From: an uncultured Acidobacteriota bacterium
GTDB taxonomy: Bacteria; Acidobacteriota; Terriglobia; Acidiferrales; UBA7541
NCBI GenBank assembly: GCA_963702125.1
Contig: OY969716.1
Span: 2,515,606-2,579,605, forward strand
Direction: 5' to 3'
DNA: 64,000 nucleotides
A program made the translations under genes and the position numbers. The notes under the pieces were generated by a model, which made no database searches, had not been told where the DNA came from, and saw only the letters and a list, made by a program, of their open reading frames with translations. Shown here piece after piece: positions 47,647-57,658 of the stretch. Each line of letters begins with the position of its first letter. Position 1 is the stretch's first letter.

Positions 47647-47808
47647 TTTCGGGTTGGTTCCGCGCAGTTTCTGGAACGTTCTCCCCGGCGACTCAGCAGC
47701 GTTTGCGCGCGCTTCCATCGTCAAAACGAGTTTTCAATGGCGCGCAAGTTTAGTCAAGAAATATAAATTCCGCGGCGTTGTTGACTTGGAAAAAATTCCG
47801 TGAGCCGT

Positions 47809-49035
47809 TTAGTGCAATCCGCTCTGGTAATAGCCGTCGCGCGTCATCACTTCCAGATTCGGCCGGCGAACGCGAACTTCGATGGTGTGGTAGTCCCTGG
47901 TGCGGTCAGTATCCTGCGGCGAGAACGTGATCGTGTACTGATTGCGCGCCTGCTCGGTGACGTTCGGATAGAGATTCTGCAGGCCGCGGTCCTTCGAAGA
48001 ATAAAAAGTATCGCCGCCGGACTTGCCTGCGTACTTCTCGAGGCGCAGCGTCTGCTTTTGCAGGAACGCGTGGCCGACGGAAATGGAATACACCGAGACG
48101 TCATTGGTGAGCAACAGCTGCAAGGTCTGATCGAAGCTGTGCGTATTGTTGTGGGAATTGTTGCCGTCGGAAATCAGGAAAATGATTTTGCGGCGATCGC
48201 GGCCGCGGCCCTTGAGCATTTCCGCGGCGTCGTAAATCGCGTCGTCCATGTCTTTGTGCGGCGGTTCCTGGCGCACGCCGAGCGGAGTGGGTTGGCCGGT
48301 CTCGGTGCTCTTGCCGTTCGCGGTGGGTCCGGCGGTGAGCGGGCCGCCCACGGGACTGCCGGGCATATGCGAATCGAGTTCGAGGCGCTTGAGCTTGGTA
48401 TAGAGCTGGTCGTTGTTGAACGAAAAATCCGAGATCACGTTGGTGAATTCGTTGTAGGTGACCAGCGCGACTTCGTCCGCCGGGCCGAAGCCCGCGGAAA
48501 TCGCGGTGAGGCTCTTCTGAACTTCGTCGGCCGATTTGATCGAGAGGTCGTTGTCGATCAGGACGACGGCCGACAACGGAAACGGGTCGGACGTGAAGAA
48601 AATGATCTGCTGCTCGACGTTGTCGCAAAAAACGCGAAACTCATCGCGTTGCAGGTCGCCGATCAACGCGCCGTCGTGATTTTTCACCGTCACGGGAACG
48701 ATTACGAGGTCGGACCGGACGCGAATTCGGTTGCGCATGTCGTTCTGCGCGGCTTGGTTGGCCGGCTGCGACACGCCGGTTTGCGGCTGCGGCGTTTGCG
48801 CAGCGGGCGCCTGCGTGGGAATCTGCGGCGTGGCCGCCGGTGGCGTGAGCGGCGGGGCGGATTGCGCGGGCGCCGTCTGGCCAGGCTGTACCGGAGGCTT
48901 CTGTGAATTATTCTGGGAATTGTCCTGCTGCGGTTCCTGAGCGTGCGCTGCGGCGGCGCCGAATAGGAATATAATGGCGACGGCGGTGGCGATTCTCGCT
49001 GCGGACTTCTTTACGGCCGTCAGGGCTGGCATCAT
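47809..49035 (-). CDS. Secreted VWA-domain protein, acidobacterial VWFA-related family (paralogue 1)
   Basis: Signal peptide from MMPALTAV, then a Q/P-rich linker and a beta domain (VPVTVKNHDGALIGDLQRDEFRVFCDNVEQQI). A VWA domain with MIDAS-like DNDLS follows. The shared C-terminus reads YHTIEVRVRRPNLEVMTRDGYY. Confidence 0.7.
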   Translation of the reverse strand: MMPALTAVKKSAARIATAVAIIFLFGAAAAHAQEPQQDNSQNNSQKPPVQPGQTAPAQSAPPLTPPAATPQIPTQAPAAQTPQPQTGVSQPANQAAQNDMRNRIRVRSDLVIVPVTVKNHDGALIGDLQRDEFRVFCDNVEQQIIFFTSDPFPLSAVVLIDNDLSIKSADEVQKSLTAISAGFGPADEVALVTYNEFTNVISDFSFNNDQLYTKLKRLELDSHMPGSPVGGPLTAGPTANGKSTETGQPTPLGVRQEPPHKDMDDAIYDAAEMLKGRGRDRRKIIFLISDGNNSHNNTHSFDQTLQLLLTNDVSVYSISVGHAFLQKQTLRLEKYAGKSGGDTFYSSKDRGLQNLYPNVTEQARNQYTITFSPQDTDRTRDYHTIEVRVRRPNLEVMTRDGYYQSGLH

Positions 49036-49217
49036 TCTCGGGATCTCGCTCCGGACCAATTGAACGCGTTCGGTAATCAGCGGGTGCTGAAGCGCGAGAA
49101 TCCGGCCGAACATCCGGAAACGCGTTGGGCGCATCGTACCAGAACGCTATCGGTTCGCGCGCCTGAAGTTCGACGCGCGGTCGGCACGGATAAGTTGCAT
49201 CCACGGAGGATTATACA

Positions 49218-50279
49218 ATGCGGCGCAGCAGCCTGACGGCGGGGATTTTCGCGGTGGCTCTCACCGGGTACGCCGCGATTACGTCCGTACCCGCGGCGAA
49301 GAGCGCCCAGCCTGTGGCGGCGCCGCTGCGACGGCCGGCTTCTTTTCTGAAGCTGGCGTCGGGACGAATCGTCGCGCAGCAACAAGGGCAAGAGCCGCAA
49401 AGCGGCCAGGGGCTGCAAGTCGTTACGAACGTGGTGAACGTGTTCGCGACTGTGCGTGACAAGAAGCATGGCATCATCAGCGACCTGACCAAGGAAGATT
49501 TCAAGGTTTTCGAGGACGGGCAGGAACAGAAAATCGCGTTCTTTTCGAAAGAAGTGGATATGCCCATCACGCTCGGCCTTTTGATCGACACCAGCGCGAG
49601 CATGGACCGCATGATCGACGCGGAGCAGGATACGGCGTCGCGATTCCTGCGGGAGGTGATGCGGCCGAAGGACGAGGCCATGGTGATCACGTTTGATTTC
49701 GACGTGGACCTGTTGGCCGATTTCACCTCGGATACCGGGGTGCTGTCTCGGGCAATTCACAGCGCGCGCGTGAATTCGGTGGGTGGCGGCGGCGTAGTGA
49801 CGCCGGGGACGATTCCCGGCGGCCAGGGCGGCGGCACGAATTTGTACGATGCGATCTATCTGGCGACGCACGACGAACTTTCGACACAAGCGGGGCGCAA
49901 AGGCGTGATCATCATGACGGACGCCGAAGATACAGGCAGCAAACTGAGGTTGCAGGACGCGATTGAGGCGGCGCAGCGCTCGGACGCCGTGATTCACGTG
50001 ATGCTGATCACAGACCGGATGGCGACGTTTGGCACAGGCCCGGGCGTGGCCCGGAAGATGGCGGAAGACACGGGCGGGCGCGTGATCGAAGTGCGGAACG
50101 AAAGTTCGCTGGAGAAAGCGTTCGACGAAATTTCGCAGGAGCTGCGGTCGCAGTACGTGCTGGGCTATTACCCGACGAATATCAAGCGGGATGGGACGTT
50201 CCGAAAGATCACCGTGGAAGTCACGCGGCCCGATGCAAAGATCCTGGCGCGCAAGGGCTACTACGCGCCGTTCCGGTAA
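49218..50279 (+). CDS. Secreted VWA-domain protein, same family (paralogue 2)
   Basis: VFATVRDKKHGIISDLTKEDFKVFEDGQEQKI, LLIDTSASM and C-terminal FRKITVEVTRPDAKILARKGYYAP. Confidence 0.75.
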   Translation: MRRSSLTAGIFAVALTGYAAITSVPAAKSAQPVAAPLRRPASFLKLASGRIVAQQQGQEPQSGQGLQVVTNVVNVFATVRDKKHGIISDLTKEDFKVFEDGQEQKIAFFSKEVDMPITLGLLIDTSASMDRMIDAEQDTASRFLREVMRPKDEAMVITFDFDVDLLADFTSDTGVLSRAIHSARVNSVGGGGVVTPGTIPGGQGGGTNLYDAIYLATHDELSTQAGRKGVIIMTDAEDTGSKLRLQDAIEAAQRSDAVIHVMLITDRMATFGTGPGVARKMAEDTGGRVIEVRNESSLEKAFDEISQELRSQYVLGYYPTNIKRDGTFRKITVEVTRPDAKILARKGYYAPFR

Positions 50280-50416
50280 TACAGACCAATTTTCTAGATG
50301 AAACCGCTTGGCGATAAAGCAGAGAATTTCATTACGATGATGCTTCAACTTTTCCTGTCCGTTGACTGGCAGCGGCAGGAGTTCTCTGCAATCGAGCCAT
50401 TGATGTTCCCGTCGTT

Positions 50417-51172
50417 ATGAGATCAATTCAGCCTCGGGGAAAGCCCCGGCCATTCGCAGATGGAGTGTCGCGTCTGACGCGGCGATGGACGATTCCGTTT
50501 TTCGCTATCGATTGGTTCTGCGAATGGGCCGCGTACTACCTCGGACACTGGAACTTCCTCGAAGTTCTCGAATATCTGAGCAGTTTCGGCGTTCTGGTTG
50601 CCGTTATCTTTTATTTTTCCGAGTCCGGCGATCGCGTGAAACAGCGCCACTACCAAGCCTGGCAGGTGGTTAACACAGCGCAGGGCAAGGGCGGAAGCGG
50701 AGGCAGAATCGAAGCGCTTCAGGAACTCAACGCAGACGGAGTGCCGCTCATCGGCGTTGACGCATCAGGAGCATTCCTTCAGGGAATCAAGCTTGACGGC
50801 GCAAAGTTGGTTCGGGCGAATTTCAGTGCGGCGGATTTGCGAAACAGCGAGTTTCGCAAAGCGGATCTCGAGGACGCCAACCTGCGCTCCGCAAATCTTC
50901 GCAACAGCGACCTTCGCTCAACGAACCTCGAGGGTGCGGACCTCACCGAAAGCGATCTGACCCACGCCGACCTAAGCAACTCTCGATTGAGCCGGGGTAA
51001 CCTCGAAGGCGCCGATCTTACCGAAGCGAATCTCGCCGGCATAAGCTGGAAAGAGCTTGCGAGCGTAAAAGGCGCAAACATCTACGGCGTAAAGAACGCT
51101 CCGAACGGATTCGTCGAGTGGGCCACGCAGCACGGCGCAGTTAACTCAGCGCCTGTTGCGCCCGCCGAGTAG
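50417..51172 (+). CDS. Membrane-anchored pentapeptide-repeat protein
   Basis: Two N-terminal hydrophobic helices, then more than 20 consecutive A(D/N)LxX pentapeptides (ANFSAADLRNSEFRKADLEDANLRSANLRNSDLRSTNLEGADL...). Confidence 0.8.
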   Translation: MRSIQPRGKPRPFADGVSRLTRRWTIPFFAIDWFCEWAAYYLGHWNFLEVLEYLSSFGVLVAVIFYFSESGDRVKQRHYQAWQVVNTAQGKGGSGGRIEALQELNADGVPLIGVDASGAFLQGIKLDGAKLVRANFSAADLRNSEFRKADLEDANLRSANLRNSDLRSTNLEGADLTESDLTHADLSNSRLSRGNLEGADLTEANLAGISWKELASVKGANIYGVKNAPNGFVEWATQHGAVNSAPVAPAE

Positions 51173-51178
51173 CCGCCT

Positions 51179-52252
51179 TTAATTCCCGGGCTTGCTTGGC
51201 GCGACGAGGGGGTTCGTGTTTTCGGGGGGCTTGGCGAAGTAGCCTTTGCGGCTGCGGACGTCGAGGTTTTTGCGGTCGGTCTGAATTTCGATGGTGCGGT
51301 ACTTCCCATCGGCCTGCGGATTGGTGGGACGGTACGCGATGAAATACTGGCTTCGCAGTTCGTTGCCGATGTCGGTGAACGACTGCGCGAGGTCCTCCAC
51401 CTTATAGGGGTAGAAAACGCGGCCGCCGCTCTGGACGGAAAACTTCTCGAGAACCTGATCGCCGGGTTCGAGGTGCATTTTGTGCGGTTTATCGCCGCTG
51501 ATGGAGAGCCAGTCGGTGTTGGTGCTCACGCAATAAATTGCAGCCTCCGCGCGAATCGCGGCTTCGAGTGAATCGCTCAGCGCGTGGTCGCTGAGATTGT
51601 CGTTGCCGTCGCTGATCACCACCAACACGCGGCGAATCTCGGCGTTCTGCCCGCGCGGCAGCGGCGGGCTCACCAGCTTTTCGGTGGCGCGGTAGATCGC
51701 GTCGTTCAGCGCCGTGCCGCCGCCGGCTCGCTGCTTGCGGATCGCGTCGGTCAGCATCGCCAGGTCGCCGGTCCAATCCTGAATCACGTCCGGCTCATTA
51801 TCAAACGTCATGATGAACGCCTGATCTTTGTTGCGGCGGATGACGCTCTGCAAAAAATCGAGCGCTGCCTCTTTTTCGAATTCGAGGCGCGGACGAATAC
51901 TGTTGGACGTATCGAGCAGCACGCCGATGCGCAGCGGCAGATCGGTTTCGCGGCCGAAGTAAGCGATGTCCTGTATCTGGCCGTCTTCAAGGATGCGGAA
52001 GTCGGACTTGTCGAGGTTGGTGACAAATTCGTGATGGTGATCCATCACTGTGGCGACCAAGTGGACCAGGCCGGTCGTCGTGCGGATCGTCGGCGGAGCC
52101 TGGCCTTGAATCTGCGCGGGTGGAGTCTGGTCTTGAGGCTTGGGGGCGCTTTGATTCGCGGGCGATGCAGGCGGTGGTGGCGGCTGCTGTTGTGCGAAGG
52201 CGGCAACGCTTGCGGCGAGCAGAACTGCGGCGAGAATGAACGGCCTTCGCAT
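51179..52252 (-). CDS. Secreted VWA-domain protein, same family (paralogue 3)
   Basis: Signal peptide from MRRPFILAAV (ATG 52252), LVATVMDHHHEFVTNLDKSDFRILEDGQIQDI, LLDTSNSI and C-terminal YRTIEIQTDRKNLDVRSRKGYFA. Confidence 0.75.
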   Translation of the reverse strand: MRRPFILAAVLLAASVAAFAQQQPPPPPASPANQSAPKPQDQTPPAQIQGQAPPTIRTTTGLVHLVATVMDHHHEFVTNLDKSDFRILEDGQIQDIAYFGRETDLPLRIGVLLDTSNSIRPRLEFEKEAALDFLQSVIRRNKDQAFIMTFDNEPDVIQDWTGDLAMLTDAIRKQRAGGGTALNDAIYRATEKLVSPPLPRGQNAEIRRVLVVISDGNDNLSDHALSDSLEAAIRAEAAIYCVSTNTDWLSISGDKPHKMHLEPGDQVLEKFSVQSGGRVFYPYKVEDLAQSFTDIGNELRSQYFIAYRPTNPQADGKYRTIEIQTDRKNLDVRSRKGYFAKPPENTNPLVAPSKPGN

Positions 52253-52272
52253 GGAGTGAGGTACCAACACGA

Positions 52273-53406
52273 TTATAGGAAGTCCTTGAGAGCGGCGTCA
52301 ATTGTAGCCACGCTCGAACCGGTAGCGCGGGCGAGGCGGTAAAGGTAGTCGCGCAGCGCTTGGGGCAGAGGCGCGCGGAATTCGACGCGCTTGCCAGTGA
52401 GGGGATGGTCGAACGCGAGCCGCGCGGCGTGCAAGAAATTGCGCCCGAGCGGCGGGAGCAATTCCCTGCCGATGCGTTCCTGGCGCGGCGCACCGTAAAC
52501 CGTATCGCCCACCACCGGCGCGCCGAGCGCGGAAAAGTGAACGCGAATCTGGTGCGTGCGTCCGGTGTGAAGATCGGCCTCGACAAACGAAAAGCCGTCA
52601 AACCTGAGGCGCATGCGCCAATCGGTGCGCGCCTCCCGGCCTTCGCGGCGGCGCGCCGTCATACGCGAGCGGCGCTTGATGTCGCGCGCGATCGGCAGCT
52701 CGATCGTACCGGACTCCGCGTCGAACCGGCCATGAAGCAGCGCGATGTAGGTTTTCTGAATGCGCCGCTCGCGAAACTCGTCCACGAGCTTTTCGTGCGC
52801 CGCGTTTGTAAGCGCGACGAGGATCAGGCCCGACGTGTCTTTATCGAGACGATGAACGATGCCGGGACGGAGCGGGCCGCCGAGCGTCGAAAGCTTCTCG
52901 GCGCCAAAGCGATGGAGCAGCGCGGCGACCAGCGTGCCGGTGTCTTCGCCGGCGCCGGGATGCACGATCATGCCTGCGGGCTTGTTAATGACGGCGATTT
53001 GCTCGTCGGCGTACACGATGTCGAGCGGGAGATTTTCAGCTTCCACGCCGATGGGACGGTGCTCGGGAATTTCGACGACGACCGTCTCGCCCTCCTCGAG
53101 GCGATGCGAGGCTTTCTTTGCGCCGCTATCCACGCGAACGCGGCCTTCGTCGATCAGATTCTGGATCTGGTTGCGGCTGATGTGCTGGACGCGTGCAGTG
53201 AGAAAGCGGTCGAGGCGCTCGCCTGCGCTTTGTGCATCAACGGCGAATTCGTGGGTTCCCGCAACCGGGTACTGCGGCTCGCTGTCGGTCGAGTGGAGCG
53301 CGGGCGGGTCGTCGCCAGACTCGTGGTCAGAGCCGGCATCGAATTCAGAGTCGGCGAGTTCTTCGCCGTCTTCAAACTCTTCTTCGTATTCGGGTTCGCG
53401 GGGCAT
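52273..53406 (-). CDS. rluD: 23S rRNA pseudouridine synthase (RluD family) with acidic N-terminal extension
   Basis: S4 domain, HRLDKDTSGL catalytic motif and HQIRVH. About 60 acidic residues precede the S4 domain. Confidence 0.9.
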   Translation of the reverse strand: MPREPEYEEEFEDGEELADSEFDAGSDHESGDDPPALHSTDSEPQYPVAGTHEFAVDAQSAGERLDRFLTARVQHISRNQIQNLIDEGRVRVDSGAKKASHRLEEGETVVVEIPEHRPIGVEAENLPLDIVYADEQIAVINKPAGMIVHPGAGEDTGTLVAALLHRFGAEKLSTLGGPLRPGIVHRLDKDTSGLILVALTNAAHEKLVDEFRERRIQKTYIALLHGRFDAESGTIELPIARDIKRRSRMTARRREGREARTDWRMRLRFDGFSFVEADLHTGRTHQIRVHFSALGAPVVGDTVYGAPRQERIGRELLPPLGRNFLHAARLAFDHPLTGKRVEFRAPLPQALRDYLYRLARATGSSVATIDAALKDFL

Positions 53407-53433
53407 CGGTGTGTGTTCGGCGGCGTGTGAATT

Positions 53434-54246
53434 CTAATTTGCGTGAGCTTCGAGCGGGCGCGCAGCGTTTGGATTTCGGAGGCCGCGCCACCACAACAAC
53501 GTTCCCGCCAGAATGAAAATGATGCTGGTGATCTGCATCAGCGAAATCCGGTCATGAAAGAGCAGCGTGCGCCCTGGATCGCCGCGGAAAAATTCGATCG
53601 TGCCGCGTTCGACGCCATAAAGAAACATGTACGCGCCGAAAATCTGGCCGGCAAATCGCTGGCGCTTCCATAGCCAATTCAAGAAAATGAAATTGCAAAG
53701 TTCGAGAAACGCTTCGTAGAGCTGCGTCGGATGAATGTGCACGCCGAGCGGAGTGCCGGCGAGCTTCTCGGCCACTGGATTCGTGAATACCACCGACCAT
53801 GGCACCTCGGTCGGCTTTCCATAGCAGCAGCCCGCCGCAAAACAGCCCAGCCGGCCGATCGCATGGCCGAGCGGGAGCGATGCCGTGCAAATGTCAAACG
53901 TGCGCAGGAAATTCATGCGCTGGAAGTGCGTGTAGAGAAAAATCGTGCCGATAGCGCCGACCAGGCCGCCGTAGAACGTGCCGCCGGACTGAAACGTGTT
54001 GATGCTGAAGATTTCGCGCGGGTTCGCGGCGTAAAAGCTCCAGTCGCTCAGAATCAGCCACACTTTAGCCACCATGAGCGCGGCGAGCACCATGTAGATG
54101 CCCATGTTCCAAAGATTTTCAGGATTGATGCCAACCTGCGGCGCGAGGTGGCGTCCCCAAAACAAACTCAGCAGCACGCCCGTGGCGACGAGTACGCCGT
54201 AGCTGTAAACCTGAAATTCGCCGATGTGGAAAAGTATGGGATGCAT
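53434..54246 (-). CDS. lgt: Prolipoprotein diacylglyceryl transferase
   Basis: The start is at MHPILFHIGEF (54246). GRLGCFAAGCCYGKP and HPTQLYE are present. Confidence 0.9.
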   Translation of the reverse strand: MHPILFHIGEFQVYSYGVLVATGVLLSLFWGRHLAPQVGINPENLWNMGIYMVLAALMVAKVWLILSDWSFYAANPREIFSINTFQSGGTFYGGLVGAIGTIFLYTHFQRMNFLRTFDICTASLPLGHAIGRLGCFAAGCCYGKPTEVPWSVVFTNPVAEKLAGTPLGVHIHPTQLYEAFLELCNFIFLNWLWKRQRFAGQIFGAYMFLYGVERGTIEFFRGDPGRTLLFHDRISLMQITSIIFILAGTLLWWRGLRNPNAARPLEAHAN

Positions 54247-54248
54247 AG

Positions 54249-54791
54249 CTAGTCGATACCCTGTGTAGGATGCGCCCGGTCGCGGAAGAGTTCCACGATT
54301 ACCAGGAGCGCGCCGATCACGATCGCCGAATCCGCGACGTTGAACGTGTACCAGTGGTACGAGCCGACGTGGAAGTCGATAAAGTCGGTGACGCTCCGCC
54401 GGACGAGGCGATCGAACACGTTGCCGACGGCGCCGCCCAGAATTAACGCGATGCCGCATTCACCCAGCGCGGCGCCGGCACGGCCCGTAACGAGCAGCCA
54501 CACGAGCAACGCGATCACCAGCAACGAAAATCCGATCAGCAGCGGCGCGCGCCACGGGTTCGCCGAATCGGCAAAGATCCCGAACGCGACGCCGGGATTG
54601 CTGGTGTGCATCAGGTTCAGAACTCCCGGAATGAGGACGTGGATCGATCCAGGCTGCGTCCGGTGCTCGACCCAGTATTTGCTCAACTGATCGGCAGCGA
54701 GCGCGCCAATCGCGAGGCCGGCGAGCAGAAGTCGGCTGGCACTCGATCGAGCGCGTAATGAATTGGATGCGGGTTCGCTCGAGCGCGGCAT
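54249..54791 (-). CDS. lspA: Lipoprotein signal peptidase II
   Basis: DQLSKYWV, NPGVAFG, VGNVFDR and FNVADSAI are present. Its ATG overlaps the ileS TGA as ATGA. Confidence 0.9.
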   Translation of the reverse strand: MPRSSEPASNSLRARSSASRLLLAGLAIGALAADQLSKYWVEHRTQPGSIHVLIPGVLNLMHTSNPGVAFGIFADSANPWRAPLLIGFSLLVIALLVWLLVTGRAGAALGECGIALILGGAVGNVFDRLVRRSVTDFIDFHVGSYHWYTFNVADSAIVIGALLVIVELFRDRAHPTQGID

Positions 54792-57658
54792 CAAGGTTTC
54801 AGCGTGATGGGCGGCAATCCGGTGGTGCGCTCGATTTCCTCGAGAGCCGCGACACAGCGCTCGCAGACCGTGGGGAAATCGGAGTTTTCGCCGACGTGCG
54901 TAGAGAAATTCCAGCAGCGTTCGCACTTTGTTCCGTCCGCGCGCGCCACCAGAATTTTTAGTCCCGCCAGATTCGCGGCCGCAACGGCGCCCGGCGCATC
55001 GCCTTCCACAACATCGACCTGCGAAACAATGAAGAGGCCCGCAAGGAATTTCGCGTACTTGCGCAAGGATGCAAGCAAATCGCCCGTCGCCGCCAGCGTC
55101 ACGCGAGCTTCAAGGTTCGTGCCGATCGTCTTCGCAGCGCGCACCGGCTCGAGCGCCTTCAGCACTTCCTCGCGCACCACGAGCAAGCGTGCCCAATCCT
55201 TCGACCGCTGGGCATCGAGCGCCGCTTCCAGTTCCGCCGGCGGCGTAAACATCGTCATGTGAATGCTCGCCGGATCGGACGCCGCGCGCGGCACAAACTT
55301 CCAGATTTCCTCGGCCGTAAACACCAGCGTCGGCGCGATGAGCCGCAACAACGTATTCAGAATGCGATACACGGCCGTCTGCGCGGAGCGGCGGCCGACG
55401 TTCTTCGGCGCGAACGTGTAGAGCCGGTCTTTGAGCACGTCGAAATAAAAGGCGCTCAGGTCCACCGTGCAGTAATCGTGCAGCGCGTGGTAAATGCGGT
55501 GAAATTCGAAATTCTTGTACCACTCGAGGCACTGGCTCGCGAGTTCGCCGGTGCGGCGGATCATCCACGCGTCGAGTTCCCACAGCTCGGAATCGGCGAC
55601 CAGATCCTTCGCAGGATCGAAGCCCTCGAGATTGCCGAGCGCGAAGCGAAACGTATTGCGAATCTTGCGATACGCCTCGGCCAGCTGCGTCATCATCGCT
55701 TCGGAGATGCGCATGTCCCCCGTGTAATCCTGCGAGACGACCCAAATGCGCAGCAGGTCCGCGCCCCACTTCGCGGAAATCTCGGCGGGATAAATCGCGT
55801 TGCCGAGCGACTTCGACATCGGCGCGCCTTTTTCGTCCAGCGTCCAGCCGTGAGTAACTACCTGCTTATAAGGAGAAGACCCGCGCGTGCCGATGCCGAC
55901 CAGCAGCGAACTCTGAAACCAGCCGCGGAATTGGTCGGGGCCTTCGAGATATACGTCGGCGGGCCAGTGCTGATTGTCGCGCGTCAGCACGGCGAGATGC
56001 GTCGAGCCGGAGTCGAACCACACGTCCAGAATGTCGGACTCTTTGCGAAATTTCGACGAGCCGCAGGCGCACTTCGTACCCGCAGGCAGCAATTGTTCGG
56101 AAGTATGCGTGAACCACGCGTCCGCGCCTTCTTTTTCGAAGAACGGCAACACGCCGCGCAACGCTTTGAAATCCTTGAGCTGCTTGCCGCAATCCTCGCA
56201 GTAAAAAACGATCAGCGGCACGCCCCAGAAACGCTGGCGGGAGATGCACCAGTCCGGACGGCCCGCGACCATTTCTTTCATCCGGTCGTGGCCCCAGGCG
56301 GGCATCCACTTCACTTTTTCGATTTCGCTGAGCGCAGCCTCGCGCAGCGGACGCGCGCTCGGCGCCGGAACGTTGGCATTCCCGTTGTCCATCTGAATGA
56401 ACCACTGCTCGGTGGCGCGGAAAATCACCGGATTGTGGCAGCGCCAGCAGTGCGGATAGCTGTGCGTGATTTTGCGTTCGCCCACCAACATGCCGCGCTG
56501 CTTCAAAATCCCGATGACGATCGGGTTCGATTCGAAGACGGTCTTGCCTTTGTACTCCGGCAAGCCTTCCGTGAAGCGGCCTTCGTTGTCCTGCGGCGCG
56601 TAGGATTCCAGGCCGTAGCGCTGGCCGGTGCGGAAGTCGTCCGCACCGTGCCCGGGCGCCGTATGCACCACGCCGCTGCCTTGATCGAGCGTCACGTAAT
56701 CGGCGAGCACGCCGGGCACGGAGTATTCGAGAAATGGATGATGGAACTGGATGTTCTCCAGTTGCTTGCCGTCGTAGGTGGCGAGCGTGCCGCGCACTTC
56801 GAAGCCGAGTTCAGCCGCAACAGCCGCGAGCCGATCTTCCGCGAGAATCAGCTTCCCTACCGACGTATCGGCGAGCACGTAGCGAAACTCGGGGTGGAAC
56901 GCGAGCGCGCGGTTCGCGGGCAGCGTCCAGGGAGTCGTCGTCCAGATCAGCGCGTTCGCATCGGCGGGCAGTCCGAGGGCTTTCGATTTATCTCCCGGCG
57001 TGAGCGGAAACTTCACCCAGATCGACGGGCTGGTGTGGTCTTCGTACTCCACTTCCGCTTCAGCGAGTGCGGTGTGGTCGTAGATGCACCAGTAAACCGG
57101 CTTCAAGCCGCGGTAAACGTAACCCTTCTCGTAGAAATCCAGAAACGCGCCGGCGATCGAAGCTTCGTCGCGAAAATCCATGGTGAGGTACGGACGATCC
57201 CACTGCCCGAAAACACCCAGCCGGCGAAACTCCACTTTGTGATTCTCAACAAACGCTGCCGCAAACTTGCGGCACATTTGGCGAAACTCAGCCGCCGAAA
57301 CTTTGGAAGTCTTGCCGCCCAGCTCCTTTTCGACTTTCGTCTCAATCGGCAGCCCGTGGCAGTCCCAACCTGGGACGTACGGCGAACGAAACCCGGCCAT
57401 GGTCTTGGACTTCACGACCATGTCTTTCACCACTTTATTCAGACCGGTGCCGAGGTGGATTTCGCCCGTCGGGTACGGCGGCCCGTCATGCAGCACGAAA
57501 AGAGGCGCGCTCGCGCGCGATTCCAGGATTCGCTCGTACAGGCGCGAGGTCTCCCATTCGACCAATTGGGCAGGCTCGCGCTCCGGCAGGCGCGCCTTCA
57601 TCGCGAAATCGGTTTTGGGCAGGTTCAGAGTCTTCTTAAGGTCAAACTGTTTGGCCAT
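54791..57658 (-). CDS. ileS: Isoleucine--tRNA ligase (type 1, C-terminal zinc finger)
   Basis: 955 aa with a HIGH-region PPYPTGEIHLG, KMSKS as PMSKSLGN, and C-terminal CERCW...CERC. Confidence 0.97.
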   Translation of the reverse strand: MAKQFDLKKTLNLPKTDFAMKARLPEREPAQLVEWETSRLYERILESRASAPLFVLHDGPPYPTGEIHLGTGLNKVVKDMVVKSKTMAGFRSPYVPGWDCHGLPIETKVEKELGGKTSKVSAAEFRQMCRKFAAAFVENHKVEFRRLGVFGQWDRPYLTMDFRDEASIAGAFLDFYEKGYVYRGLKPVYWCIYDHTALAEAEVEYEDHTSPSIWVKFPLTPGDKSKALGLPADANALIWTTTPWTLPANRALAFHPEFRYVLADTSVGKLILAEDRLAAVAAELGFEVRGTLATYDGKQLENIQFHHPFLEYSVPGVLADYVTLDQGSGVVHTAPGHGADDFRTGQRYGLESYAPQDNEGRFTEGLPEYKGKTVFESNPIVIGILKQRGMLVGERKITHSYPHCWRCHNPVIFRATEQWFIQMDNGNANVPAPSARPLREAALSEIEKVKWMPAWGHDRMKEMVAGRPDWCISRQRFWGVPLIVFYCEDCGKQLKDFKALRGVLPFFEKEGADAWFTHTSEQLLPAGTKCACGSSKFRKESDILDVWFDSGSTHLAVLTRDNQHWPADVYLEGPDQFRGWFQSSLLVGIGTRGSSPYKQVVTHGWTLDEKGAPMSKSLGNAIYPAEISAKWGADLLRIWVVSQDYTGDMRISEAMMTQLAEAYRKIRNTFRFALGNLEGFDPAKDLVADSELWELDAWMIRRTGELASQCLEWYKNFEFHRIYHALHDYCTVDLSAFYFDVLKDRLYTFAPKNVGRRSAQTAVYRILNTLLRLIAPTLVFTAEEIWKFVPRAASDPASIHMTMFTPPAELEAALDAQRSKDWARLLVVREEVLKALEPVRAAKTIGTNLEARVTLAATGDLLASLRKYAKFLAGLFIVSQVDVVEGDAPGAVAAANLAGLKILVARADGTKCERCWNFSTHVGENSDFPTVCERCVAALEEIERTTGLPPITLKP

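Noticed and set aside
47657-47671. GTTC-N7-TTTC direct repeat resembling a LexA box.
   Set aside because: It lies downstream of the helicase terminator and of the convergent VWA gene stop, so it is upstream of nothing. It lacks the TTCGC cores of the three promoter sites and is probably chance.
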